The position numbers were made by a program, and so were the translations under genes. From Candidatus Eiseniibacteriota bacterium (lineage in GTDB: Bacteria; Eisenbacteria; RBG-16-71-46; JABDJR01), in assembly GCA_963783375.1 (NCBI GenBank), contig CAWANH010000022.1, forward strand, positions 1 to 64,000: DNA of 64,000 bases, in the 5' to 3' direction. The first letter of the stretch is position 1, and the number at the start of each line of letters is the position of its first letter. The notes under the pieces were generated by a model. The model was not told the origin of the DNA and did no database searches. It saw only the letters and a program-made list of their open reading frames with translations. Shown one piece after another: positions 47,301-60,401 of this stretch.

Positions 47301-49376
47301 ATGAATCGTTTGTCACTGGAAATGGTCAGAAACATCGGCATCATGGCGCACATCGATGCCGGTAAGACCACGCTGACCGAACGCATCCTGTTCTTCACCG
47401 GCCGTATCCACCGGATGGGCGAGGTCCACGAAGGCGCCGCCACCATGGACTGGATGGAGCAGGAGCGCGAGCGGGGGATCACGATCACCTCGGCCGCCAC
47501 CACCTGCCGGTGGGCGGACCACCAGGTCAACATCATCGATACCCCCGGACACGTGGACTTCACCGTCGAGGTGGAGCGCTCGCTCCGGGTTCTGGACGGG
47601 GCCATTGCGGTGTTCTGCGGGGTGGGCGGGGTCGAGCCCCAGTCCGAGACGGTGTGGCGCCAGGCGGACAAGTACCGGGTCCCCCGGATCGCATTCGTCA
47701 ACAAGATGGACCGGGTGGGCTCGGACTTCCAGAACGTGGTTCAGATGATGCGGGACCGGCTGGGAGCCCGGCCGGTGCCGGTCCAGATCCCGGTGAAGCT
47801 CGACGACAATTTCCAGGGCATACTGGATCTGGTGAAGCAGGTCTTTCTCACCTACAACGAGGAAAGCCTCGGGGCGGACGTGGAGGAGAACGCCATTCCC
47901 CGGGACCTCGAGGAACTGGCCGCGGCCGGGCGCCAGCACCTGATCGAGGAGGCGGCCGAGTTCGACGACGAGCTCGCCCATCGCTACCTCGAAGGCAAGG
48001 ACGTCACCGAGGACGACATCCGGCGGGCCATCCGGAAGGGTACCCTGGCCAACGCCATCGTCCCGGTCTTCGCCGGCGCCGCCTTCAAGAACAAGGGGGT
48101 CCAGCGGCTTCTGGACGGGGTGGTCGACTACCTCCCCTCGCCTCTGGACGTTCCCCCGGTCACCGCCCAGCGACCCGGCACCCACGAGGAGTTGGTTCTC
48201 CCCCCCTCGGACGACGCCCCTTTCGCCGCGCTGGCTTTCAAGATCATGACCGACCCCTACGTCGGCAAGCTCACTTTCTTTCGGGTCTATTCGGGGACGG
48301 TCAAGGCGGGGACCCACATCTACAACGCCAGCCGGGACACCCAGGAGCGCCTCGGCCAGATCGTGGCCATGCACGCGGTCAAGCGCCAGGACCTGAGCGA
48401 GGTCCGGACCGGCGACATCGCTGCCGCAGTGGGGCTCAAGAAGGTCACTACCGGGGACACCCTGTGCATGAAGAAAGAGCCCCTGTTGCTCGAGCCCATG
48501 CACTTCCCCGTGCCGGTGATCTCGGTGGCCATCGAGCCCAAGACCAAGGCCGACGAGGAAAAGCTGGCCAACGCCCTGGACAAGCTGGCCGAGGAGGATC
48601 CCACCTTCCTGGTGCGGACCGACGAGGAAACCGCCCAGACCATCATCCAGGGGATGGGGGAACTCCATCTGGAGATCCTGGTGGACCGCATGAAGCGGGA
48701 GTTCGGGGTCGCGGCCAACATCGGCCGTCCCCAGGTGGCCTACAAGGAGACCATCTCCGAGACGGTCGAGCACCGGGCGCGGTTCATTCGTCAGAGCGGG
48801 GGCCACGGGCAGTACGGGGACGTCCTGGTGCGTCTGGAGCCCGCCCAGGCCGAGTTCGAATTCGTGAGCAAGGTGATCGGGGGCACGGTGCCGCGGGAGT
48901 ACATCCCGGCGGTGGAGCGCGGAATCCGCGAGGCCATGGAGAACGGCGTTCTGGCCGGCTATCCCATGGTGGGCGTGAAGGCGACGCTCCTCGACGGGTC
49001 CTATCACGACGTGGACTCCTCCGATATGGCGTTCAAGATCGCCGGATCGATGGCCCTGCGTGAGGGGGCGCGTCGCGCCAAGCCCAGGCTCCTGGAGCCC
49101 ATCATGGACGTCGAGGTCGTGGTGCCCGAGGAGTACATGGGTGACGTGATGGGCGACCTGAGCTCGAAGCGAGGTCGGATCGGCGGCATGTTCCAGCGCG
49201 GCGACGCCCGCGTCATTGCCGCTTCGGTCCCCCTGTCCGAGATGTTCGGCTACGTCAACCGTCTCCGCTCCATCACCCAGGGACGGGGCGTGTTCAGCAT
49301 GCAGTTCTCGCGTTACGAGCCGCTACCCGACTCGCTCGAGTCGGAGCTCGTGGCGAAAGTCAGAGGCGTGAGTTAG
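47301..49376 (+). CDS. fusA: Elongation factor G
   Basis: [26 protein letters not shown]. Confidence 0.99.
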   Translation: MNRLSLEMVRNIGIMAHIDAGKTTLTERILFFTGRIHRMGEVHEGAATMDWMEQERERGITITSAATTCRWADHQVNIIDTPGHVDFTVEVERSLRVLDGAIAVFCGVGGVEPQSETVWRQADKYRVPRIAFVNKMDRVGSDFQNVVQMMRDRLGARPVPVQIPVKLDDNFQGILDLVKQVFLTYNEESLGADVEENAIPRDLEELAAAGRQHLIEEAAEFDDELAHRYLEGKDVTEDDIRRAIRKGTLANAIVPVFAGAAFKNKGVQRLLDGVVDYLPSPLDVPPVTAQRPGTHEELVLPPSDDAPFAALAFKIMTDPYVGKLTFFRVYSGTVKAGTHIYNASRDTQERLGQIVAMHAVKRQDLSEVRTGDIAAAVGLKKVTTGDTLCMKKEPLLLEPMHFPVPVISVAIEPKTKADEEKLANALDKLAEEDPTFLVRTDEETAQTIIQGMGELHLEILVDRMKREFGVAANIGRPQVAYKETISETVEHRARFIRQSGGHGQYGDVLVRLEPAQAEFEFVSKVIGGTVPREYIPAVERGIREAMENGVLAGYPMVGVKATLLDGSYHDVDSSDMAFKIAGSMALREGARRAKPRLLEPIMDVEVVVPEEYMGDVMGDLSSKRGRIGGMFQRGDARVIAASVPLSEMFGYVNRLRSITQGRGVFSMQFSRYEPLPDSLESELVAKVRGVS

Positions 49377-49427
49377 GGCGAAAGCCAGCCGGGATCGCCA
49401 GAGGCATGGACCGGTTCGGAGGAGAGG

Positions 49428-50618
<1,191 letters not shown>

Positions 50619-50634
50619 GGTCAAGGAGGAAGTC

Positions 50635-50943
50635 GTGGCCAGCCAACGCATCAGGATCCGGCTCCGGTCGTATGACCATGCCGTATTGGATCAGTCGGCG
50701 GGTGAGATCGTTCGCACCGCCCGGCGCACCGGGGCAATGACCTCGGGTCCGGTGCCTCTGCCTACCCGGCGGCAGGTGTACACGGTGTTGAGATCCCCCC
50801 ACGTGGACAAGAAGTCCCGTGAGCAGTTCGAGATCCGGGTCCACAAGCGGTTGATCGACATCACCCAGTCGAACCCCCAGACGATCGACGCGCTCATGAA
50901 GCTCGATCTGCCCGCGGGCGTCGACATCGATATCAAGCTGTAG
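50635..50943 (+). CDS. rpsJ: 30S ribosomal protein S10
   Basis: [24 protein letters not shown]. Confidence 0.98.
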   Translation: MASQRIRIRLRSYDHAVLDQSAGEIVRTARRTGAMTSGPVPLPTRRQVYTVLRSPHVDKKSREQFEIRVHKRLIDITQSNPQTIDALMKLDLPAGVDIDIKL

Positions 50944-51044
50944 CGGCGGAGCCTCGTGCGGTGGACACGCCGCGCGGGGGAGGGCCGCCGAACAAGGCTT
51001 CCGTGAACGCCGTGGGCGGTCCGCCGGAAGCGGGGAGCGCGAAG

Positions 51045-51668
51045 ATGAAGGCCATAATCGGCAAGAAGATCGGGATGACCCAGATCTTCGACAAGGACGG
51101 CAGGGTGATCCCGGTCACGGTGATCTCGGCCGGGCCGTGCTGGATCGTGCGGAAGAAGACCGCGGCCAAGGACGGCTACGACGCCGTCCAGGTCGGGTTC
51201 GATCCCGCCCGGGAGAAGCGCGTGAACAAGCCCACCATGGGCCACTTCGCCAAGGTGGGGCTCAAGCCCACCCGCTTCCTCCAGGAGCTGCGAGGCAAGT
51301 CCGACCTCGAGGTCGGAGCGGAGATCAAGGCGGACGTCTTCGAGGCGGGGACGATCGTGGATGTGGTCGGGACCTCGAAGGGGAAGGGATTCCAGGGGGT
51401 GGTCAAGCGGCACGGGTTCTCCGGCGGCCCCGCCACCCACGGCTCCAAGACGGGTCGGATTCCGGGCTCGGTGGGCCAGAGCGCCTGGCCGTCCCGGGTG
51501 ATCCCGGGGAAGAAGCTCCCCGGGCAGATGGGCAACAAGCGGGTCACCGTCCGCAACCTGACGGTGGTGGGGTTCGACGCGGAGCAGAACCTGATCTGGG
51601 TCCGCGGGGGGATCCCCGGAGCCCGCAACAGCTACGTCGTGCTTCGTGCGACGAGCGACAAGAAGTAG
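51045..51668 (+). CDS. rplC: 50S ribosomal protein L3
   Basis: [16 protein letters not shown]. Confidence 0.98.
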   Translation: MKAIIGKKIGMTQIFDKDGRVIPVTVISAGPCWIVRKKTAAKDGYDAVQVGFDPAREKRVNKPTMGHFAKVGLKPTRFLQELRGKSDLEVGAEIKADVFEAGTIVDVVGTSKGKGFQGVVKRHGFSGGPATHGSKTGRIPGSVGQSAWPSRVIPGKKLPGQMGNKRVTVRNLTVVGFDAEQNLIWVRGGIPGARNSYVVLRATSDKK

Positions 51669-51679
51669 AGGGAACGGTC

Positions 51680-52309
51680 ATGCCGAAGGCAAAGCACTAC
51701 AACGTCGATGGCCAGGAGGTCGGGGAGCTGGACCTGCCCGAGACCATTTTCGGCGCCGAGCCCAACGAGCACGTGGTGTGGGAGGCGGTGAAGACCTACC
51801 TGTCCAACCAGCGGCAGGGGACGGTGGCCACCAAGACCCGGTCCCTGGTCCGGGGCGGCGGGAAGAAGCCCTGGCGCCAGAAGGGCACCGGCCGCGCGCG
51901 ACAGGGAAGCATCCGCTCCGCCCAGTGGGTCGGCGGGGCCACGGTCTTCGGGCCTCAGCCGCGGACGTTCTCCACCAAGCTTCCCAAGAAGATTCGTCAG
52001 CTGGCCATGGTCTCGACCCTGAGCCGGCGGGCCCAGGACGGGAACGTGGCGGTGGTGGACCGGCTCGAGTTCACGGCCCCCAAGACGGGGACGGTGGTTC
52101 GGCTCCTCGAGAACGCGGGGATCGGTGGACGCAAGGTCTGCTTCATCACCCAGGGCTCGGACATGAACATGGTCAAGAGCTGCCGGAACATCCCCGGGGT
52201 CAAGGTGCTTCCCCATTCGGCCATGAACGTCTACGACCTGGTCGAAGCGGATGTGGTTTGTTTCACCCCCGACGCCCTGGAGGGGATCAAGGAGGTGTAC
52301 GGATCATGA
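51680..52309 (+). CDS. rplD: 50S ribosomal protein L4
   Basis: KPWRQKGTGRARQGS. Confidence 0.98.
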   Translation: MPKAKHYNVDGQEVGELDLPETIFGAEPNEHVVWEAVKTYLSNQRQGTVATKTRSLVRGGGKKPWRQKGTGRARQGSIRSAQWVGGATVFGPQPRTFSTKLPKKIRQLAMVSTLSRRAQDGNVAVVDRLEFTAPKTGTVVRLLENAGIGGRKVCFITQGSDMNMVKSCRNIPGVKVLPHSAMNVYDLVEADVVCFTPDALEGIKEVYGS

Positions 52310-52596
52310 AGAATCCGCACGACGTGATCATCCGGGCCATGATCACCGAGAAGGGCACCCGGATCCGGGAGGGGGGCAACAAGTACCTCTTCCAGGTCCA
52401 CCCCGACGCCAACAAGATCGAGATCAAGCACGCGGTGGAATCGATTTTCACCGTCACCGTGCAACGGGTCCGCACCCAGAATCGTCTGGGCAAGATCAAG
52501 CGGATGGGAGCGAGCTCGGGACGGCGGTCTTCGTGGAAGAAGGCCATCGTGACCCTCAAGCAGGGCGACAACATCGAGCTCTTCGAAGAGGTTTAG
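52306..52596 (+). CDS. rplW: 50S ribosomal protein L23
   Basis: ITEK, ANKIEIK, WKKAIVTL. Confidence 0.97.
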   Translation: MKNPHDVIIRAMITEKGTRIREGGNKYLFQVHPDANKIEIKHAVESIFTVTVQRVRTQNRLGKIKRMGASSGRRSSWKKAIVTLKQGDNIELFEEV

Positions 52597-52653
52597 CGCC
52601 ATGGGCCGAGGGCGGCCCGAGGCGAAGCTGGGTCTAGAACCGGGAGACAGAGC

Positions 52654-53481
52654 ATGGGTCTCAAGAGTTTCCGGCCGACGACACCGGGCCAGCGGTACAA
52701 GACGGTCTCCGACTTCAAGGAGATCACGACCGACAAGCCCGAGAAGTCCCTTCTGCGCTCGCTCAAGAAGTCGGGCGGTCGGGACAATCGAGGGCACGTC
52801 TCCTCCTGGCATCGGGGGGGCGGACACAAGCGTCGTTACCGGCTGATTGATTTCCGCCGGGACAAGCGGGGCATTCCGGCCAAGGTCGCCACTATCGAGT
52901 ACGACCCCAACCGGAGCGCCCGGATCGCGCTCCTGATCTACGCCGACGGCGAGAAGCGCTACATCATCTCCCCCAAAGGGCTGGAGGTGGGCATGGCGAT
53001 TCTGGCCGGACCCGACGCGGAGGTGCAGGTGGGGAACGCGATGCCGCTGAAAAGCGTGCCCCTGGGGACCGAGGTCCACAATCTGGAGCTCATCCCCGGC
53101 AAGGGCGGGCAGGTGGCCCGTGGCGCCGGCGCGTCCGCGGTGGTGGTGGCCAAGGAAGGTGAGAAGGCCCAGGTCAAGATGCCTTCGGGCGAGGTCCGGG
53201 TCTTCCGCGCCGACTGCTACTGCACCATCGGCCAGGTGGGGAACCTGGATCACGAGAACATCGTCATCGGCAAGGCGGGACGGAAGCGCTGGCTGGGCCG
53301 GCGCCCGATCACCCGCGGTGTGGCCATGAACCCGGTCGACCATCCGATGGGCGGCGGCGAAGGCCGCACCTCGGGCGGACGGCACCCGTCCACCCCGTGG
53401 GGCAAGAAGACCAAGGGGTTGAAGACCCGCAAGAAGAAGCCGTCGGATCGGCTGATCATCCGCCGGAGGAAAGGGAAGTAG
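52654..53481 (+). CDS. rplB: 50S ribosomal protein L2
   Basis: [25 protein letters not shown]. Confidence 0.98.
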   Translation: MGLKSFRPTTPGQRYKTVSDFKEITTDKPEKSLLRSLKKSGGRDNRGHVSSWHRGGGHKRRYRLIDFRRDKRGIPAKVATIEYDPNRSARIALLIYADGEKRYIISPKGLEVGMAILAGPDAEVQVGNAMPLKSVPLGTEVHNLELIPGKGGQVARGAGASAVVVAKEGEKAQVKMPSGEVRVFRADCYCTIGQVGNLDHENIVIGKAGRKRWLGRRPITRGVAMNPVDHPMGGGEGRTSGGRHPSTPWGKKTKGLKTRKKKPSDRLIIRRRKGK

Positions 53482-53525
53482 TTCGTTGGCGCCGCCGGGC
53501 GGCGCCGGGAGAACTCTGGAAAGCT

Positions 53526-53810
53526 ATGGCACGTTCGATCAAAAAAGGCCCGTTCGTCGAACAGAAGCTGTTGGACAAGATCGAGGTCATGAACAAGAAG
53601 AACGAGAAGCGGGTGATCCGCACCTGGGCTCGCCGCTGCACCATCGTTCCCGAGTTCGTGGGACATACCCTCGCGGTCCACAACGGCAACAAGTTCATTC
53701 CGATCTACGTGACGGAGAACATGGTCGGGCACAAGCTGGGCGAGTTCGCGCCCACCCGGCTCTTCCGCGGCCATTCCGGCAGCGACAAGACGACGACGAC
53801 CAAGAAGTGA
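53526..53810 (+). CDS. rpsS: 30S ribosomal protein S19
   Basis: [21 protein letters not shown]. Confidence 0.98.
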   Translation: MARSIKKGPFVEQKLLDKIEVMNKKNEKRVIRTWARRCTIVPEFVGHTLAVHNGNKFIPIYVTENMVGHKLGEFAPTRLFRGHSGSDKTTTTKK

Positions 53811-53880
53811 CGGCGCTCCGGGGCGGTTCCGCCGAGCGGCGGAAGGCACCCGGGGGAGCCGATGAGGAGCTCTGCAAGCC

Positions 53881-54276
53881 ATGGAAGCTAGAGCCACTGC
53901 GAGATACGTGCGGGTAACGCCCCGGAAGGTGAACCAGGTCCTGGACCTGGTCCGCGGGAGGGCGGTGGAGGAGGCGTTGACCACGCTGACCTTCTCCAAG
54001 AAGCACGTCTCCAAGAAGATCGAGAAGACGATGCGCTCGGCGGTGGCCAACGCCGTCCAGGCGGACTCGGGGATCGATGTGGAGGACCTCTACGTGAAGG
54101 AGGCCCTGGTCGGTCCCGGCCCGATCATGAAGCGCTGGCTCCCGCGAGCCCAGGGGCGGGCCACCCCGTTCCTGAAGCGGACGAGCCACATCACGATCAT
54201 CCTCGCCGACAAGGAACGGAAGGCGAAGAGCAAGGGCCGTGGCTTGGGTAGGAAGAAAACAACCCGACCGGCCTAG
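53881..54276 (+). CDS. rplV: 50S ribosomal protein L22
   Basis: SAVANA, PRAQGRA, KRTSHITI. Confidence 0.97.
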   Translation: MEARATARYVRVTPRKVNQVLDLVRGRAVEEALTTLTFSKKHVSKKIEKTMRSAVANAVQADSGIDVEDLYVKEALVGPGPIMKRWLPRAQGRATPFLKRTSHITIILADKERKAKSKGRGLGRKKTTRPA

Positions 54277-54322
54277 GCGGCGCCGCCGCCCGGGGCCTCG
54301 GTGAAAGGGTACGGAGGAGACC

Positions 54323-55045
54323 GTGGGTCAGAAGACGCATCCAGTCGGATTCAGGCTGGGCATCATCAAGACATGGGACTCGCGCTGGTTCGCCGGGAAG
54401 AACTACGCGGAACTCCTGGACGAGGACATCAAGATCAGGCGGTTCCTCGAGCGCCGCCTATCCAATGCCGCCCTCTCCAAGGTGGTCATCCAGCGCGCGG
54501 CCAACAAGGTGACGATCAACATCGCCACCGCGAAACCCGGTCTGGTGATCGGCCGCCGAGGCACCCAGGTGGATCAGCTTCGGGACGAGCTCCAGAAGCT
54601 GACCGGCAAGGAGATCTACATCAACATCGATGAGATCAAGAAGCCGGACACCGACGCGTCACTGGTGGCCCAGCACATCGCCCGGCAGCTGGAGGGTCGT
54701 GTCTCCTTCCGTCGCGCCATGAAGAAGGGCATTCAGGCGGTCATGAAGAACGGTGCGGAAGGGGTTCGCATCGAGGCCTCGGGACGGTTGGGTGGGTCGG
54801 AAATGGCCCGCCACGAGTCGTACCGCGACGGCCGGGTTCCCCTCCACACCCTTCGCGCGGACATCGATTTCGCCCGCGCCACCGCCTTCACGACCTACGG
54901 CACCTGCGGAGTCAAGGTCTGGATCTTCCATGGCGAGGTGTTGAGCCCGGATTCTCCCCAGGCGGTGGCGGCAGTGGCGCCGGCCCCGGCCCGGGGCGGC
55001 CGTGGGGATCGCGACCGGTCCGGCAACGGACGGGCGAGGAAGTAG
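54323..55045 (+). CDS. rpsC: 30S ribosomal protein S3
   Basis: [23 protein letters not shown]. Confidence 0.98.
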   Translation: MGQKTHPVGFRLGIIKTWDSRWFAGKNYAELLDEDIKIRRFLERRLSNAALSKVVIQRAANKVTINIATAKPGLVIGRRGTQVDQLRDELQKLTGKEIYINIDEIKKPDTDASLVAQHIARQLEGRVSFRRAMKKGIQAVMKNGAEGVRIEASGRLGGSEMARHESYRDGRVPLHTLRADIDFARATAFTTYGTCGVKVWIFHGEVLSPDSPQAVAAVAPAPARGGRGDRDRSGNGRARK

Positions 55046-55054
55046 GAGAGTCCA

Positions 55055-55477
55055 ATGCTTTTACCGAAGAGAGTCAAGCACCGCAAGCAGATGCGGGGCC
55101 GGATGTCCGGGAAGGCCTATCGGGGCGGCAAGGTCTCCTTCGGGGAATTCGGTCTCCAGGCCCTCGAGCCGGCCTGGATCACCAACCGGCAGATCGAGGC
55201 CGCCCGTGTGGCAATAACCCGCCACATCAAGCGCGGCGGAAAGATGTGGATCCGGATCTTCCCGGACAAGCCGGTGACCAAGAAGCCGGCGGAGACCCGC
55301 ATGGGCAAGGGGAAGGGGAATCCGGAGTACTGGGTCGCGGTGGTGAAACCGGGGCGCGTTCTCTTCGAACTCGAGGGGATCAACAAGGACCTGGCCCGTG
55401 AGGCGATGCGCCTTGGCGCGGCCAAGCTCCCCATCAAGACGCGGTTCGTCGATCGCGACGAGCAGCTGGGAGACTGA
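55055..55477 (+). CDS. rplP: 50S ribosomal protein L16
   Basis: RIFPDKP, RMGKGKG. Confidence 0.98.
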   Translation: MLLPKRVKHRKQMRGRMSGKAYRGGKVSFGEFGLQALEPAWITNRQIEAARVAITRHIKRGGKMWIRIFPDKPVTKKPAETRMGKGKGNPEYWVAVVKPGRVLFELEGINKDLAREAMRLGAAKLPIKTRFVDRDEQLGD

Positions 55478-55481
55478 TGCC

Positions 55482-55721
55482 ATGCCGAGGCCCAAGATTC
55501 TGGTCAACGACCTGACGGTGGAGGAAGTGCAGCAGAAGTTGGAGGAGCTCAAGAAGGAGCTCTTCAACCTCCGCTTTCGGAACACCATGCGGCAGCTCGA
55601 CGATCCGTTGAAGATCCGTTTCATGCGGCGGGATATCGCCCGCCTGTCCACGGCACTCTCCGAGAGCCGTCACGGCATCCACATCCTGGCCGGGGAAGCC
55701 CCGGAGTCGAAAGAGTCCTAG
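55482..55721 (+). CDS. rpmC: 50S ribosomal protein L29
   Basis: [14 protein letters not shown]. Confidence 0.95.
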   Translation: MPRPKILVNDLTVEEVQQKLEELKKELFNLRFRNTMRQLDDPLKIRFMRRDIARLSTALSESRHGIHILAGEAPESKES

Positions 55722-55772
55722 TCCCGGTCGGGCCGGAGGCCGGCCCTGGGACGCCCAAGGAGATTGAATCCG

Positions 55773-56030
55773 ATGGACGAACGTAATCGGCGGAAGACCC
55801 GCGTGGGCAAGGTCATCAGCGACAAGATGGATAAGACCGCGGTGGTCCTCATCGAGCGGCTGGTGAAACACCCGGAATACAAGCGCTACATCCGCCGGCG
55901 CAAGAAGTATGCGGTTCACGACGAGGAGAACCAGTGTCATGAGGGGGATACCATCCGCTTCATGGAGACGAGGCCTCTGAGCAAGTCCAAGCGCTGGCGG
56001 CTGGTCGAGATCGTGGAACGGGCGAAGTAG
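55773..56030 (+). CDS. rpsQ: 30S ribosomal protein S17
   Basis: [18 protein letters not shown]. Confidence 0.97.
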   Translation: MDERNRRKTRVGKVISDKMDKTAVVLIERLVKHPEYKRYIRRRKKYAVHDEENQCHEGDTIRFMETRPLSKSKRWRLVEIVERAK

Positions 56031-56046
56031 CCCAGGAGTCGCTGTC

Positions 56047-56415
56047 ATGATCCAGATGCAGACCATGTTGACGGTTGCGGACAACTCCGGGGCCCGAACC
56101 GCTCGATGCATTCACGTTCTCGGAGGCACACGACGCCGGTATGCCCGGCTCGGCGATGTGGTGGTGGTGGCGGTCCAGGACGCGATACCGGGCGGCGGCG
56201 CCAAGAAGGGTGAAGTTGCCCGGGCGGTGATCGTGCGGACCCGCAAGGAGTTCCGGCGCAAGGACGGATCCTATATCCGGTTCGACGACAACGCCGCCGT
56301 CCTCATCGACACCAACAACGAACCTCGGGGCACGCGCATCTTCGGTCCCGTCGCCCGGGAACTCCGGGAACGGAACTTCATGAAGATCGTATCCCTGGCC
56401 CCCGAGGTCATCTGA
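56047..56415 (+). CDS. rplN: 50S ribosomal protein L14
   Basis: VADNSGA, FDDNAAV, SLAPEV. Confidence 0.98.
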   Translation: MIQMQTMLTVADNSGARTARCIHVLGGTRRRYARLGDVVVVAVQDAIPGGGAKKGEVARAVIVRTRKEFRRKDGSYIRFDDNAAVLIDTNNEPRGTRIFGPVARELRERNFMKIVSLAPEVI

Positions 56416-56432
56416 CACGGAGCGGATCGGCC

Positions 56433-56648
56433 ATGCACGTCAAGAAGAACGACCAGGTCGTCATCATCTCCGGTGCGAACCGGGGGAAGATGGGACGGGT
56501 GCTCAAGGTGTTCCCCAAGACCAACCGCGTGGTGGTGGAAGGGGTGAACATGGTGAAACGACATACCAAGCCCACCCAGTCCCGCCAGGGCGGGATCGTG
56601 GAGAAGGAGGCCCCCATTCACGCTTCCAACGTGAAGCAGGCCGAGTAG
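56433..56648 (+). CDS. rplX: 50S ribosomal protein L24 (short, 71 aa)
   Basis: KOW motif, [14 protein letters not shown]. Confidence 0.95.
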   Translation: MHVKKNDQVVIISGANRGKMGRVLKVFPKTNRVVVEGVNMVKRHTKPTQSRQGGIVEKEAPIHASNVKQAE

Positions 56649-56735
56649 GGGGTCCGCCGGTAGTCGAGGAATCAGCCAGGCGGTCGCTTCCCGGATAGAC
56701 CCGGGGGGAAGGCGGCCGCAAGGAGCGAGATAGAC

Positions 56736-57287
56736 ATGAAGCCGCGGGTGCAAGAGGACTACGAATCAAGGGTGCTTCCGGAGATGATGAAGCACTTCAA
56801 CTACACCAACCGCATGCAGACGCCCAGGTTGGTGAAGATCGTGCTGAACATGCGGGTGGGGGAAGCCACCCAGAACGTGAAGCTTCTGGACGGCGCGGTG
56901 CAGGACCTGTCCCGCATCAGCGGTCAGAAGCCGGCCATCCGCCGGGCCAAGAAGTCGATTTCGAACTTCAAGCTCCGGGAGGGGATGCCGGTCGGGGCGG
57001 CGGTGACGCTGCGCGGGGCCCGCATGTGGGAGTTCTTCGACCGGTTCGTATCCGTGGCCACGCCCCGGATCCGGGACTTCCGCGGCTTTTCGGCCCGGTC
57101 CTTCGACGGAAGAGGGAACTACAGCCTGGGCATCCAGGAACAGATCATCTTCCCGGAGATCGACTACGACAAGATCGACAAGGTCCGAGGCATGGACATC
57201 GCTTTTGTGACGACGGCGAAAACGGACGAGGAAGGGATCGAACTCCTTCGGAGGATGAACTTCCCCTTCCGCGAGCAGAAGAGCTAA
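56736..57287 (+). CDS. rplE: 50S ribosomal protein L5
   Basis: [20 protein letters not shown]. Confidence 0.98.
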   Translation: MKPRVQEDYESRVLPEMMKHFNYTNRMQTPRLVKIVLNMRVGEATQNVKLLDGAVQDLSRISGQKPAIRRAKKSISNFKLREGMPVGAAVTLRGARMWEFFDRFVSVATPRIRDFRGFSARSFDGRGNYSLGIQEQIIFPEIDYDKIDKVRGMDIAFVTTAKTDEEGIELLRRMNFPFREQKS

Positions 57288-57296
57288 GGAGACGCT

Positions 57297-57482
57297 GTGG
57301 CTAAGAAGGCCCTCATCGAGAAGTGGAAACGCACCCCCAAGTTCCAGGTGCGCGCCTACAACCGCTGTTCGCGTTGCGGGCGCTCACGGGCGTATCTGCG
57401 CAAGTTCGGACTTTGCCGGATCTGCTTCCGGGAACTCGCCCTCGAGGGCAAGGTGCCCGGAGTGGTCAAGGCGAGCTGGTAG
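57297..57482 (+). CDS. rpsN: 30S ribosomal protein S14 (zinc type Z)
   Basis: RCSRCGR...[12 protein letters not shown]. Confidence 0.96.
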   Translation: MAKKALIEKWKRTPKFQVRAYNRCSRCGRSRAYLRKFGLCRICFRELALEGKVPGVVKASW

Positions 57483-57592
57483 ACGAGCTCCCGGGAAGGC
57501 GTCCGGAAGGCCAATATGAACGGTGGGCCCCCCGCGGGTCCCGCCCCGGACGAACCGCCCGACGGGCGAAGGGAACGAAGGAGCACAGGAAC

Positions 57593-57991
57593 ATGCCGGT
57601 TACCGATCCGATCGCGGACATGCTGACCAGCATCCGGAACGCGCTGCAGGCGAACCATCGCCGTGTGGACGTTCCGGCCTCCCGGATGAAGGCGTCCATC
57701 ATGGACGTGCTGCTCCGGGAAAAGTACATCACCAATTTCAAGCCGATCGCGAACGAGCATCAGGGCGCGCTTCGGGTATACCTGAAGTACACCCCGGAGC
57801 AGCGATCGGTGATCAGCGGCCTCAAACGCGTTTCCCGGCCGGGGCGCCGGGTGTACGTGAAGCAACATGACGTGCCCCGGGTGCTCGGCGGGCTCGGAAC
57901 CGCGATCATCTCCACGTCCCAGGGCATCATGACCGACAAGGAAGCCCGCAAGGCGGGACTGGGCGGCGAGCTGATCGCCCTGGTCTGGTAG
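57593..57991 (+). CDS. rpsH: 30S ribosomal protein S8
   Basis: TDPIADMLT, SRPGRRVY, GGE. Confidence 0.98.
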   Translation: MPVTDPIADMLTSIRNALQANHRRVDVPASRMKASIMDVLLREKYITNFKPIANEHQGALRVYLKYTPEQRSVISGLKRVSRPGRRVYVKQHDVPRVLGGLGTAIISTSQGIMTDKEARKAGLGGELIALVW

Positions 57992-58017
57992 GCCGCGGCA
58001 GGAAGACGAGGTAGACC

Positions 58018-58554
58018 ATGTCTCGAGTGGGCAAGAAACTGATTCCCATCCCCAAGGGGGTGGAGCTGAAGATGGAAGGCCGCACGGTGACTGCCAAGGG
58101 TCCCAAGGGCGAGCTGAGCTACGACATGCTTCCGGGCATCGGCCTCAAGGTCGAGGCGGAGCACGCGGTGGTGGAGCAGTCCTCGAACGAGAGGAACGCG
58201 GGCGCCATCCACGGATTGAGCCGGGCCCTGGTCAACAACCTGGTGGAAGGCGTGTCGGTCGGGTTCACCAAGACCCTGGAGATCCAGGGGACGGGCTATC
58301 GCGCCCAGGTCCAGGGAGAGATCCTGGTGCTGACCCTCGGCTACAGCCACCCCATCGAGTACTCGCTTCCGGCGGGGATCGATGCCAAGGTCGAGCAGAA
58401 CAAGGTGACCATCAGCGGCATCAACAAGGAACTCGTCGGCCAGGTGGCGGCGGAGGTGCGCCGGTTCCGGCCCCCGGAGCCCTACAAGGGCAAGGGCATC
58501 CGATATGAGGGCGAATACGTCCGACGGAAGGCCGGGAAGAGCGCGGGCGCCTAG
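58018..58554 (+). CDS. rplF: 50S ribosomal protein L6
   Basis: MSRVGK, PEPYKGKGIRY. Confidence 0.98.
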   Translation: MSRVGKKLIPIPKGVELKMEGRTVTAKGPKGELSYDMLPGIGLKVEAEHAVVEQSSNERNAGAIHGLSRALVNNLVEGVSVGFTKTLEIQGTGYRAQVQGEILVLTLGYSHPIEYSLPAGIDAKVEQNKVTISGINKELVGQVAAEVRRFRPPEPYKGKGIRYEGEYVRRKAGKSAGA

Positions 58555-58650
58555 GGATCGTTCGGGGCGCCGCCGGAGCGCGGCTCCCGGGTTCGATGAC
58601 CGAAGAGCGGCGGGGCCGAGAGCCCGCCGTGAGGTTGAAGGGACAACGAG

Positions 58651-59025
58651 ATGAGCAAAATCGCCGTGAAGAGACGGGAATCGCGTCTGCGCCGGCACCG
58701 TCGGGTGCGGAGAAAGGTCTCCGGCATTCCCGACCGGCCGAGGCTCTGCGTGTACCGCAGTCTGAAGCATATCTATGCCCAGGTTTTCGATGATTCCCAG
58801 AGCCGCTGCCTCCTCACCGTTTCCAGCCAGTCCCCCGAAGTGCGGGAAGAGCTGGCTTCGGCCAAGGGAAAGGTGGGGGCGAGCGCGTTGGTGGGTAAGA
58901 TCGTGGCCCGGAAAGCCATCGAACAGGGGATCCAGACCGTGGCATTCGACCGCGGCGGGTATCTCTATCACGGCCGGGTGAAAGCCTTGGCCGACGGCGC
59001 CCGTGAGGGCGGCCTGAAGTTCTAG
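58651..59025 (+). CDS. rplR: 50S ribosomal protein L18
   Basis: [21 protein letters not shown]. Confidence 0.98.
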   Translation: MSKIAVKRRESRLRRHRRVRRKVSGIPDRPRLCVYRSLKHIYAQVFDDSQSRCLLTVSSQSPEVREELASAKGKVGASALVGKIVARKAIEQGIQTVAFDRGGYLYHGRVKALADGAREGGLKF

Positions 59026-59035
59026 GAGGAAGGCC

Positions 59036-59656
59036 TTGCGTCGCAATCCCAATCAGGACAGCGAATTCGTGGAAAATATGGTGGCCATCAACCGATGCGC
59101 CAAGGTGGTCAAGGGTGGCCGGCGGTTCAGCTTCAACGCCATCGTCACCGTCGGCGACAAGCAGGGCCGGGTGGGCATCGGTCTCGGCAAGGCCAACGAG
59201 GTGGCCGAGGCCATCCGCAAGGCCACCGAGGACGCCAAGCGGGGCATGGTGAAGATCTCCCTCATCAAGGGGACCATCCCGCACGAGGTGATGGGCCGTT
59301 TCGGCGCGGGGCGGGTGCTCCTGAAGCCGGCCAGCGCGGGGACCGGGGTGATCGCCGGCGGCCCGGTGCGCGCGGTCCTCGAGGCGGCCGGGGTCCAGGA
59401 CGTGCTCTCGAAGTGCCTGGGTTCCACCAACCCGCACAACGCGGTCAAGGCCACCTTTGTCGCCCTCACCAGCCTGCGTTCGGCGTCGGAAGTGGCGCAC
59501 GAGCGCGGAATGAGCGTGGACGAGCTCCTGCAGATCAAGCGCCAGCCGAAGCCGGAGATCCCCGTGGAGAGCCCGGCGCCGGCCGCGGCCTCGGAGACGA
59601 CGGCCACCGCGGTGGCGGAGGAGCCGGAAGCGCCTGCGGAGGAAGGCAATGCCTAA
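59036..59656 (+). CDS. rpsE: 30S ribosomal protein S5
   Basis: [19 protein letters not shown]. Confidence 0.97.
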   Translation: MRRNPNQDSEFVENMVAINRCAKVVKGGRRFSFNAIVTVGDKQGRVGIGLGKANEVAEAIRKATEDAKRGMVKISLIKGTIPHEVMGRFGAGRVLLKPASAGTGVIAGGPVRAVLEAAGVQDVLSKCLGSTNPHNAVKATFVALTSLRSASEVAHERGMSVDELLQIKRQPKPEIPVESPAPAAASETTATAVAEEPEAPAEEGNA

Positions 59657-59834
59657 GCTGATCAAGATCACCCAGAAACACAGCGCCATCGACCGGCCCG
59701 AGCCGCAGAAGCGAACCATCCGGGCCCTGGGAATCCGGGGACTGAACCGTCCCGTGGTCAAGAGCGACACCCCCCAGATCCGGGGCATGATCTACAAGGT
59801 GCGCCATCTGGTGGAAGTTCAGGAACTGGACTGA
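59649..59834 (+). CDS. rpmD: 50S ribosomal protein L30
   Basis: [18 protein letters not shown]. Confidence 0.95.
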   Translation: MPKLIKITQKHSAIDRPEPQKRTIRALGIRGLNRPVVKSDTPQIRGMIYKVRHLVEVQELD

Positions 59835-59845
59835 GGGAAGGAACC

Positions 59846-60340
59846 ATGAAGCTCGGAAATCTGAAGCCCGCCAAGGGTGCGACCAAGAGTCGGAAGCGCG
59901 TGGGCCGCGGTCCCGGTAGCGGGCACGGCGGCACGTCCACCGCGGGGCACAAGGGCCAGAAGGCGCGGACCGGAAAGAGCCTTCGGGCCTGGTTCGAGGG
60001 CGGCCAGATGCCGCTCCAGCGCCGACTCCCCAAGCGCGGGTTCACCAACATCCACGCCAAGGCGTCGGAATTCGTCAACGTGTCGGACCTGGCCGAGGTG
60101 GAGGGCGACCCCATCACCGCCGAGATCCTTCAGGCCCGGGGTCTCATCAACGACGCCTCGGTCCGGCTCAAGGTGCTGGGTAACGGAGAGGTGACCCGGG
60201 CGGTCACCGTCCGCGCCCACGCCTTCAGCGCTTCCGCCAAGGAGAAGATCGAGGCGGCGGGGGGCAAGGTCGAGGTCATCGTGGTGCCCAAGCGACCGAA
60301 GCGGTACAAGAAGAAGAACGCGGCGGCGGCCAGGAAGTAG
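59846..60340 (+). CDS. rplO: 50S ribosomal protein L15
   Basis: FEGGQMPLQRRLPKRGF. Confidence 0.98.
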   Translation: MKLGNLKPAKGATKSRKRVGRGPGSGHGGTSTAGHKGQKARTGKSLRAWFEGGQMPLQRRLPKRGFTNIHAKASEFVNVSDLAEVEGDPITAEILQARGLINDASVRLKVLGNGEVTRAVTVRAHAFSASAKEKIEAAGGKVEVIVVPKRPKRYKKKNAAAARK

Positions 60341-60401
60341 CGGACGCCGACCGAGCGGACGGCCCTGGGGCGGGTCCGTGAGAGGCCGGTAGAGGGAACC
60401 G

